This document shows positions 41,301 to 51,670 of a stretch of DNA of 64,000 bases, piece after piece. The notes beneath the pieces were generated by a model. The model saw only the letters and a program-made list of their open reading frames with translations, ran no database searches and was not told the DNA's origin. Made by a program: the position numbers and the translations under genes. Source of the DNA: Antedon mediterranea (taxonomy: Eukaryota > Animalia > Echinodermata). Numbering within the stretch: position 1 is the first letter of the stretch; each line of letters starts with the position of its first letter. Location: the NCBI RefSeq assembly GCF_964355755.1, contig NC_092680.1, positions 10,230,001 to 10,294,000 on the forward strand, in the 5' to 3' direction.

Positions 41301-43063
41301 GAATTGAGTAAAGTGAGAAATAGTATACGGACAGATAAATGGGACACAGACTTGATTCAGTATAGTGCAATACAACAAGAACTTGCATGTTTTGGATATT
41401 TAATTCTTAGAAACAGAAGGATTGTAATTCCAGAAAAATATAGATTACAGTGTATTGAATTAGCACACCAAGGACACTTGGGGATAGTCAAAACCAAGCA
41501 AAGGCTTAGAACCAAGGTATGGTGGCCTGGGATGGAGAAGAATGTGGAAGACTATGTTAAAACATGTCATGAGTGTCAGATAACAAGTTCGATGCCAGCA
41601 CCAGAACCATTGAAGCCAACACAACTACCAACAGGACCATGACAAGATATTTCGATTGACTTGCTGGGACCGTTTCCATCGAAGGATAATGTACTAGTGG
41701 TGGTAGACTATTATAGTCGTTATTGTGAAATTAGTTTAATGAAGACAATCACAAGTGAGAAAATTATAGACACACTTGAAAATATGTTTGTTCAACATGG
41801 CATACCAAAATCAATTACCTCAGATAATGGTGCCCAGTTTGTGTCCAATGAGTTTGAAACCTACCTGAAGGAAAATGGAATCAGACATAGACGTGTAACA
41901 CCATTACATCCAGCTGCAAACGGAGAGGTTGAACGACAAAATAGATCACTAATGAAAAGAATTCGCATTGCGCAAGCTGAAGGAAATGACTGGAAAAAAG
42001 AATTACGAGTGTACCTATTCGCATATCGTACAACCCCACATAGTGTTACCGGAGTGACACCAGCAGAAATGATGTGGAATAGAAAGTTGCGTACAAAATT
42101 GCCAGAATTAGATGACAATACAATAATGGACGAAGAAATTTCTGATCGTGATGCCGTGTCTAAATTAAAGAACAAACTGTACATTGATGAGAAGAGAGGT
42201 GCGAAGGAAAGTGATGTGTGTAAAGGAGATAAGGTTTTAGTGAAAGTGACACAGAGGGACAAGATGAGTACGCCATATCACACAGAACCATATGTAGTAA
42301 TAGAGAAAAAAGGGAATAGTGTAGTGGTTGAATCACCACAGGGTGTAAGATACAAAAGGAATTCGACACATGTTCGATCCTATAATGAAAGAGTAAATGA
42401 AGCAAATGTTAACACACCAAATGATAATTTAAAACAAATTGATACTAGTAAAGTTAATGGTAACAGTAAGATTGATAACACTGAACAGAATAAGCCAGTT
42501 GATACTGAGCAAAGTGACAAAATAACAAAGAGTAATGAAAATATGATAGTTAAAAGCAGACCAGTAAGAGAGAAGAGAAAACCCAAGAGGTTTGATGATT
42601 TTTAAAGTGTAAAATTAAGAAGTCATATTTATGAGTTATGTTAATTTTTAAAGTTCACCAGAAGTTGAGATTTCGTTAAGATGTTGAAAGTTTTAAGTGC
42701 TATTATATGCTAAGTTGTTCATTGATATTATAGGAATCTTGGAAATAATAAGAAATGATATGTGATCAAGGAAACATTTATAATATGCATGTATGATGAT
42801 ATTTGATTTAAAGTTTAAAGTTAAATTGTTTTGTTATTGTTAAAGTTAAAAAAAAACCAAAATGAATATCATATTGTATGGAGTTAATTGGGTTGTGAGT
42901 TTTAGCTAAAGAAGGGGGAAGATGTAGTGTCTGGATTGGGAGACTAAGGGAAAGCAAGGCATTATGGGTTAAGGTAGATCGATATACTATAACCACATGG
43001 TTAGTAATCTGTATGTACACAATGACAGATGCAATAAAGACACATAAGATATAAGATATAACA
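38317..43063 (+). mobile_element. Full-length young Mag-clade Gypsy LTR retrotransposon
   Basis: LTRs 38317-38450 and 42923-43063 (one substitution plus a 7-bp duplication apart), TSD ATAAC, PBS TGGCGACGAG (complementary to tRNA-Ser(GCU) 3' end), PPT AAAGAAGGGGGAAGA. Confidence 0.96.
38547..42605 (+). CDS. Gag-Pol polyprotein (2x CCHC, protease, RT, RNase H, integrase) with one premature TGA at 41640
   Basis: CFRCGREGH..C and CNKCKILGH..C, IVDSGA, ISDD, TDAS, HQGH..CHEC, SDNG, NGEVER; the two listed ORFs are in the same frame. Confidence 0.92.
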
Positions 43064-43974
43064 ATAACATCGGCAGGGGTTCGAGGCTCACGCACTCCAT
43101 GGTTCTGGTGGTAGAACGAGTCTTCTCGGATAAGGACTATAAACCGTAGGTCCAGTGTACACAACTTGCTCGTGTGCACTTTAAAGAACCTAGTACATCT
43201 TTCGAGACGAGTAGGTTACCCCGGTGTAGTAGTAGTACATCACAGCCACTGATCACCAACTGGGCCCTCTGGGAGATCAGTCTTTGACTGAAGAGGTCAC
43301 CCAGTATAAAGATAAAACAAACAAACAAAAACAAAAATAAGAAAGCTTTACATTTCACACATGCATTGTATACGGTCAAACCTTACCCGCCGCTGAAAAA
43401 GGGGCCGTTTTGACCTGGTTTGCCATGTTTATGATATTTCGTGTGCTAATCGAGTCGAATGCAGTTTTAATGATGCACTCTTGGCGTTCCATATCTGTTC
43501 GTTTGTTCGTGTCGACACATTCAGTATCAAATGGCGATATTCTGTATTTTTTCAATCAATTGCTTGCTTGCGATAAGATATGGTTTAAAGATCTTTGGCT
43601 ATGTTCGGCTTCGGGATGTTATACCACACTTAGGCCTAGGCTAGGCTATAGGCGTCGTCGGTTTCGTGTTATGGGTCGTCCAATTCTAGGTCGTCCAATT
43701 CGAGGTCGCCCGAGTCGTTGGGGTCGTCCAATTCGAGGTCGTCGCTTTCTACACACCCACACACACTGTGCTACAGACAGTGTACCGTGTGTTAAAAGTA
43801 CAGCATTTATAGCAGACAGCAACGTGTATAACTTGCTATAGTTTTACAGATAGCACCTGTGAACAGTAGCAGAATCGGGTGTCATTTTAATCCATAATCA
43901 ATAAATTTACTATCAGAAGGCACCGCCACCAGCATCAAACCGACTATAGAATTAATAGTTGTCACCATTACCAT

Positions 43975-45015
43975 TTTGCGCTTCCGATAGAAAAGTAAGG
44001 AATGACTCATCATCTAGATGATCACCAGATTGCGTTAATAGTAGCGCCAACGCACTTCGTACAGTACGGATCTGTCGTTCCCAAACTCCGCCCATGTGAC
44101 TGGCAGAAGGAACGTTAAACTTGAACTCAATCCAATCGCAATTCTGCTTCAGAAGAAATGCCTTTAACTTAGTTTCATCCATCTCTTGAATTACCTTTTT
44201 CAATTCATTGCTCGCACCCACCAAGTTTGTACCACGATCGGTTCGGGAATAGCTTCTCTTTCTTGAGCTATACTTACCGCGTTTAAACTGCGGGGGTTCA
44301 ATGCAGAACAGGAAACTGATAATTCTTATTGCGGTTTAACAAGGCATCGTAGTACTGTGCTTGTTCCGCCATGTCAGATACAGGAGCAGCTAACCCTGAG
44401 GGACGGGAAAGCAGAGGTGAAGAGCCGGATAATGCTCATAAAAGAGAAAGAACTCTGACTGAAAAAGGAAGAGAATATAAGTTAGAGTTAAAAGAAAAAG
44501 AGTTTAACGGTTGCGTTAAACATGTCAAGAAAGCCATAGCAATTCTGTCCAAAATTTGATTGCTCAGTCTGTGGATATTCATGTAATCCAAACGGAAATT
44601 GCAAAAATGGTCACAGTTACAGGAACGCTTGGTGACATTCAAGCAGATATGTATGAGTTATTGAGTGTAGAGAGACGAAAAGAATTGTATGATCGTTATG
44701 ATTATTATGATAGGATCGTATTTGAAACCAGACAATCTGCAAATGTAAAATTAAAGGAGTTGTTAAGTATGGAACAAGAGCAATTGTCAAGTAGAGCTAG
44801 CAGAGCAAGTAGACGTTCTGTTCGTTCGACAGTTAGTTCTAGCAAGTCTTCTGTAAAACAAAGGAAATATGAGTTAGCAGAGGCTGGAGCAGCAATTAAA
44901 GTGGAATTGTCGTTTATGGAGAAAGAACGTCAATTAGAGGAGAAAGAACGTCAATTAGAGGAGAAAAGACTACAACAGGAAAGATTGGCTAAAGAGTTAA
45001 AGTTACAGAAAGATT
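43975..45015. mobile_element. Rearranged BEL/Pao fragments
   Basis: 43975-44240 copies 46186-46452 (integrase, same orientation); LTR pieces at 44245-44310; 44311-45015 is an inverted copy of the leader + gag (58052-58745). Confidence 0.85.
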
Positions 45016-47429
45016 TGTTCTGCATGGAACCCCCGCAGTTTAAACGCGGACAAAACCACAGAAGAATAGCTTCTCTTTCTTGAGCTATACTTGCTCACTT
45101 TATTTCTACTCATCCGTTCATCCGGTAAACTAAAACAAAACAAACAGAGAAACAATTGAAACGGCGCTATTAAGCACGTCCCTAACGTATACTACGGCTT
45201 ATCACACATAACTTGCCGTTAACATGGGCATACTATCATCATTATGTCTATCAAACCTAACTAATTCATAAGTAAATAATAGATACAAATTATAAAATGT
45301 AAATACCTGATGCTAGGGCTCACTTATATATGATTATGTCTCCACACGAAGCATTGAAGGTGTACAACAACGTTAATACAACGTATCGCCTATTGTGCAC
45401 CGCTCTCATACAATGAACAGTGACTACAACAAATCGTGACTAGCCTAATTTACATATCAAGGTATCAAGGTGCGATGTACATACACAACATGGCTCCCTG
45501 CAAAGATAAATTATGAACCGACTGTATCATCACTTTTCCTTTGCATACACAACAATAGTTGCTCCTTGACGGGGAATTGATTACAATAATACTAAACTTT
45601 TTTCATAAATATTGTAAATATTTTCGTAAAATATCTTTCACTTGATTTATTTTCTAAGTGTCTTCATTTTTTCCTTTTTCTTTTCAGATATTAATTAATT
45701 ACTTATATCTGTTGGCATTAGCAGAACTAATTTATGTATTGGTCTCTCCAATGTAGAAAGTGGTTGACTTCTTTTACCACGATTATCTAGGTCCCTAGAT
45801 GCCATCGTTAGCTTGACTTTTCGTACAAGACCATCCTCACTTGTATATACATCTGAGACTTTTCCAACCTTCCAAGCGTTGCGAGGTAGACTTTCATCTT
45901 TGACGATCACAACGTCACCGACTTTCATGTTTCTTTTCTTATCACACCATTTCCTTTTAGGTTGAAGCGTTTGCAGATATTCTTTCTTCCAGCGATGCCA
46001 GAATTCGTTAGCCAGTTACTGCACTCTGCGCCATCTTTTCCTGCTATATAAATCTTTTCCTTGAAAATTATCAGGTGGTGGAAGTACAACGTTGGCCTTC
46101 ATCGTTAACAGATGGTTAGGTGTTAGAGGTTCTGGTACTTGAGCTTCTGACAAATTAGTTGTCAGTGGCCTTGAATTCACGATATTTTGCGCTTCCGATA
46201 GAAAAGTACGGAATGACTCATCATCTAGATGATCACCAGATTGCGTTAATAGTAGCGCCAACGCACTTCGTACAGTACGGATCTGTCGTTCCCAAACTCC
46301 GCCCATGTGACTGGCAGAAGGAACGTTAAACTTGAACTCAATCCAATCGCAATTCTGCTTCAGAAGAAATGCTTTTAACTTAGTTTCATCCATCTCTTGA
46401 ATTCCCTTTTTCAATTCATTGCTCGCACCCACCAAGTTTGTACCACGATCGGATCTTATCTGCCTACAAGGACCACGGATACTTAAAAACCGTCGAAGGG
46501 CGTTCAAGAACGAAGAGTATTAACTGACTCCATATGGATTGCCCCTGAATACATGCATGTAAACACCACCCCATATCGCTTCAATCGGCTTCTTCTTTCT
46601 CGAATATAGAACGGTCCAAAAATATCTACAGCGCAGTAGGTAAAAGGTGGATGGTTTTCCAGACGATCCTTTGGTAAATCTGCCATCTTCTGTGTTTGCA
46701 GTCCATCCCTTAGCCTACGACACGTTACACATCCGTGAATAATTGTTGAAACTGCAGACGATGCTCCAATTATCCAGTATCCACTCTGGCAAATGCGGTT
46801 ATGTGTAGTGCTCCGACCCATATGGTTAATCTCTTGATGATAATGTTGTATTATGAGATCAGTAACCTTGCACTTCTTTGGCAAGATTACGGGATTAGTG
46901 ACATCTAAAGGCAACATTGCATTCCGGATTCTACCACCTACTCGAAGGATGCCATTCTCATCTAGAAAGGGGTCTAATTTATACATGCAACTTGTCCGTT
47001 TTAGAGTAACCTTCCTCATTCGTGCCAAATTTCGTTCGGTAATCTCACCAGATTGCTTCACTTTTCGGAGAATTTCAATTTCTGATTTGAAGTACTCCGC
47101 CTGTGTACACTTGCAAATGAATCGTTCGCTATCTTGGAGGTCTGCTACAGACATCGGCGGTATACATTTCCCATTTGTACGAGAAGAGGCTAACAGATAC
47201 CTTTTCAGGCGTTGACAATTTGCAATAGCTCGTCTGAGTTAGAACCAACTAGAGAATCGCTCAAATCGTGTAATAATTGACTGATGCACATCCATCTCAC
47301 TATTCACCAAAGTAAACACAGTGGCTTTCTTCATTTCATTCACAATCTCAGTTTGAACTGTATCATCTGAAGACACTTGCACAGATGACAAATTTCGTTT
47401 TTGTAAAAGCACAAGTTAACGGAGTACTT

Positions 47430-47470
47430 ACTCGAACGTTTCGATCTCTATCAGAGATCCTTCTCAACTG
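47430..47470 (-). ncRNA. Sense-strand copy of the variant hammerhead-like motif at the PLE 3' end
   Basis: Reverse complement of 50150-50190, just downstream of the ORF stop. Confidence 0.55.
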
Positions 47471-50149
47471 ACTGCGGAGTGTTAATGCAGCTTGGTCATT
47501 CTTGACGTCATCTGTTGATGACGTCGTACGCCTCCGGCCGCAGGTCGGAGGCCGCGTGGGGCCCGGCCAGGCGATGCGTCCATCAAATCATTGCACAAAC
47601 GCGAGAGCCCGCGGGCCCCAGCGCCCCGGCCCACGGCCCCCTCCCCACCTCTCCCCACATGTAATGACTCTCCAATCTGTCTGTCTCTGCGTCTAGGCCC
47701 CTTGGCCAAGACGGCAGCCCCCCAGCCCGGTACATGACCGTGTCCCATGACATGCTCCGCAATGGCAGATTTGTGTATGATCGAAGATGTGGATGCTCTG
47801 GAGGCCCTAGTCATTACTCCCCCCGTGTTTGTTGTAACATCTTTTTTGTGATCATTAATTCGTGTCTGCAACGCCCCCCCCCCGCCTCCCCAATGCAAAC
47901 CCGTGGACAGCCGCGGCAGGCGACTTCGCAGATCACTCCACACGTATCCATCCTCTCGATTCTATCCTTCGGGTGGACGAGGCCATTCCCGATTTCATTT
48001 TGGGGTAGGAAATAGGTTCCGACATTGTGATAGGAGAGAGTGCGTCGTATTCTTTCTGCCATTCCTTCCACGTAGGGGACCCCCATGCCACCCCGCATCC
48101 CGATCTTCTCCCCCCGTTCCCCTTTCCCCTTCGGTCTTCCATAACTCTCTGGAAGGACCACTCTGGATACTGGCAGTTGTGTAACGCTTTCTTGATGTTA
48201 TCCATCTCAACTTTCCTCAAATCCATATCTCCCACTACCTTCTCAGCTCTGTCCACCAGCGTGTTTATAAGCCCCAGTTTGTGTTCGAGTGGATGATGTG
48301 AGTTGAAATGTAAATATTGGTCTGTGTGAGTGGGCTTCCGATAAACTGAGGTGGTAACTGTTCCATTGTCATTGAGTGTGATGAGCATGTCCAGGAAAGG
48401 TATTGTGTTGTTTGTCATCGATTCTGTGGTGAACTTGATATTGTCAGTTATATCGATGTTATTAAGATGTGTGTTAAATGTATGTACTGTACCTATGGGG
48501 ATGATAGCTAATACATCATCAACGTATCGTTTCCAATACACAGGCTTGATGTTAGTGGGTGCCGTGTTTATGGCTTGATGTTCGAGCCACTCTAGATACA
48601 AGTTCGCCAATATAGGACTTATTGGGCTTCCCATAGCAATGCCTTGTATTTGCCTATAAATGTTACCATTGAACGAGAAATAGGTTTTGTTCACAATTAA
48701 ACCGAGGAGCTCCATTATGTCTGTCACATGTAGTTTAGTTCTATCCAGAAGTGTCGGATCTGTTGTTAGGCGATTTTCGACAACTTTGAGGGCCTCTTCT
48801 ACTGGTGTTTTTGTAAACAGAGATACTACGTCAAACGAGACAAATGTTTCACTTGGTTTGACTATTATTTCTTTTAGTTCACTCGCCAACTCTCCTGAGT
48901 AAGTTACATGATGTTCTGTGTTTCCGACAAGTGGACCCAGGATTTTGGTGAGGAATTGTGCAACGGTGTAAAAAACGGTGTTGATGTTATCTACTATAGG
49001 TCTTAATGGCCAATTTGGTTTATGTATCTTCGGAAGACAATACAACCTAGGTACAATTTCAGCCGTGGGAAACAGCCATTCTTTCTCTCTGTAGTTGATT
49101 TTCTTTTCTTTGAACAACCTGCCTATGATGTTGACCACTTTTCGTTTATAGTTTTGTGTTGGATTACGTTTTAGCAGTTCGTAAACATTAGTGTCGCTCA
49201 CCATGGTTCCCACTTTATCTTTGTAATCATTAGTATTTAGGATGACAGTAGATCTACCTTTATCCGCTGGGAGAATAAGAATAGATTTATCTTTCTTCAA
49301 GTTGTTTATGGCCTTTCGTTCTTTGGGGGTTAAATTTGAAGGTGGTAGAGTGGTAGATTTTACAATAGCTACAATTTTACTGCGAACGGTGTCTTGTTCT
49401 TCCAGGGGGACGAGATCAGCCGCTTTTTCAGCCGCTACTATGAGATCGTCAATGGGCATGGATCGTGGGCTCGCCGCATAGTTCAATCCCCTTTGTAATG
49501 CTGATATTTCGTCCTCACTAACCAACTTACTAGACAGATTTACCACCCATTTTTCTCTTAAGATCTTACCGGATAAATCCTGTTCTTGATGTAAATCTCT
49601 AGCTGCGTTTTCTGCTTTGTTTTTCCACCACAACAGTTTGTTTTGTTGTCGTGATCGGCATTTTAAGAATTCCGCTTCACACACTTTGTTTACGTGATTA
49701 CATACATTGGTGATGTCCCCTCCGTTGCGAATTAGCGATACGATTTCATCATTTAAATCTTTCTTTTTGCCTTCTAACTGTGTGATTTTGTTGGTGGTGA
49801 TTCTTATTCTCTCGCGTAAAAGCTGTCTTTCTGCATGTTTTATTATTTCCTCTGCTTTAGACGATTTGATCGGTCGATATAATTTCAGGCTCGGAGGGGT
49901 AATGTCCAACCGCTTACAATGAAGGGAGAATACCCGGTGATTTCTCTGCCGTGAAATTTTCTTCGCGATATTTTCCTGTTTGCGTACGATGTTGATGGTT
50001 TCTTGACCATATTTTTCTCTTAAATCTTGAAAGAATTTCATTTAGCTTCGATTTTGTATAGATGACAAATTTCGACCTGCGGCCGGAGGCGTACGACGTC
50101 ATCAACAGATGACGTCAAGAATGACCAAGCTGCATTAACACTCCGCAGT

Positions 50150-50190
50150 CAGTTGAGAAGGATCTCTGATAGAGATCGAAACGTTCGAGT
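50150..50190 (+). ncRNA. Variant hammerhead-like motif in the PLE inverted repeat
   Basis: TTGAGAAG-GATCTCT-gat-AGAGATC-GAAA-cgt-TC; perfect stem II, palindromic AACGTT, non-canonical core. Confidence 0.55.
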
Positions 50191-51670
50191 AAGTACTCCG
50201 TTAACTTGTGCTTTTACAAAAACGAAATTTGTCATCTATACAAAATCGAAGCTAAATGAAATTCTTTCAAGACACTTGCACGTTTTTAAAAGGACCATCC
50301 TGATTCAAGAATTCTGCACCGTTAAACCAACTAGGAGTTTCCATTAATTTCTTGGCACTGACTTCACGACTGGCAATATCACTAGGATTAGATGAGGAGT
50401 TTACGTAATACCAATCACTACATGAGCTGAATTCGTGAATCTGCTGAATTCTGTTAGCAACAAACACATGGAATCGTTTAGCCTCGTTGTTAATATATCC
50501 TAACACGACTTGACTATCAGTCCAGAAGAATTCGTTCACTTTATGATGGTCGTAGTTTAATTCTTCTTTGACGAATTTGCTCATTCTAGCTGAGATAACT
50601 GCAGCAGATAATTCAAGACGTGGAATTGTGTACACCCTTCTTAATGGGGCAACTCTGGCTTTCGCAATTACTAATGAGCAAGCACATCTGTTATTCCGGT
50701 TGATTATTCTTAGATATGTGCACTGTCCATACGCAAACTCACTCGCATCTGAGAAGTAGTGAAGCTCAACATTTTGTATTTCTCCAAAATCACTTGTTTT
50801 ATAACAACGTTGGATCTGTAATTGCTTAAGCGCAACGATTTCTTTCCTCCACTTTTCCCATTTTGAGTATAGATACGAAGGTATTGGTTCATCCCATCCA
50901 ACATTTTCTCTACACATCTCTTGAAGAATAATCTTTCCTTCGAAGACAACAGGTGCTGCGAATCCTAGTGCATCGTATAAGGAGCTAATTGTTGATAAAA
51001 CGCCTCTTCGACTCAAAGGACAATCTTTCAATACTATTCGAAACTGAAAAGTGTCTGCTTCCACGCACAAAGTGACACCCAATGCACGTTCAATTGGTAG
51101 CGGATCGGTCTTGATGTCTAACGTTTTCAGACCCTTAGCTCTTTGCTCTTCAGGAATTGCTTCTAGAACAGCTCTTTTATTTGACATCCATTTGTGTAGC
51201 ACCAAGCCAGCTGATGCACAAAGTTCCGTGCTGCTCTTGACAAGTTCGATAGCCTGCTGAATAGTAGGAAGTGACTTTAAACCGTCGTCTACATAAAAGT
51301 CATCTCGAATAAAATTCTGCAATTTCACCAAACTTTCCTTCTCCGTCGTCGGCAGCTCGCTTCAAGCCAAAGATTGTACACCCGGGAAAGCTTTTAGCAC
51401 CGAACAAATGAACTTTCATACGATATTCCACCAATTTTTTTTCAAAGTCACTACCATCCCACCACAAGAACCGTAGTTTGTCTCGATCTTTGGGAGTTAC
51501 ATAAAATTGATGGAACATCCCTTTTATATCGGCCATGATGACAACCTCTTCTTTCCGGAACCGACATAGAATACCAACCAGGCCATTCATTAAATCTGGA
51601 CCCTGAAGTTGGTAATCATTTAAACAGACGCCTTCGTATTTCGCCGAACAGTCGAACACAACTCTTATTT

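Larger units (their letters stand above)
38262..43340 (+). mobile_element. tRNA-derived SINE (Meta-domain-like), split by the Mag element (38262-38316 + 43064-43340)
   Basis: A box TGGCCGAGCGG (38271), B box GGTTCGAGGC (43078), GGATAAGGACTATAAACCGTAGGTCC...TTAAAGAACC core, (AAAC)n tail. Confidence 0.75.
31943..43758. mobile_element. MULE-like non-autonomous element hosting further insertions
   Basis: Ends GGGTGTGT/ACACACCC, 10-bp TSD ACACACACTG (31933-31942, 43759-43768), ~280-bp TIRs with repeated CGACCTCGAATTGGACGACC. Confidence 0.8.
22325..43881. mobile_element. Giant fold-back element with CACCC termini (CMC/EnSpm-like), ~3.5-kb arms, right arm multiply interrupted
   Basis: CACCCGATTCTGCTACTG at 22325 and CAGTAGCAGAATCGGGTG ending 43881. 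Left arm 22325-25823 is mirrored by 26000-27040, 28424-29889, 30716-31942 and 43759-43881. Possible 2-bp TSD TC. Superfamily is an inference. Confidence 0.8.
47383..50268 (-). mobile_element. Full-length Penelope/Poseidon-type PLE with inverted 5' terminal repeat
   Basis: ORF from 50041: ADKGRS, LPKIHK-RPIV, SFDVVSLFT, AMGSPISP, RYVDD, VYRKPTHTDQY, LVHPKD, GIY-YIG-like C-terminus; 13-bp TSD AAGACACTTGCAC (47370-47382, 50269-50281); 50073-50237 is the inverted copy of 47383-47547. Confidence 0.93.

Noticed and set aside
41640-41642. In-frame TGA in Mag pol as programmed readthrough or selenocysteine
   Set aside because: It falls at the conserved Trp of the integrase GPW motif; a single TGG>TGA mutation is simpler.
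43288-43320. CTGAAGA in the SINE tail as a hammerhead
   Set aside because: No stem II and no downstream GAAA.
47482-48184. GC-rich island or novel Gly/Arg-rich ORFs, possibly foreign DNA
   Set aside because: Collinear with the PLE linker and GIY-YIG domain; better explained as A>G hypermutation.
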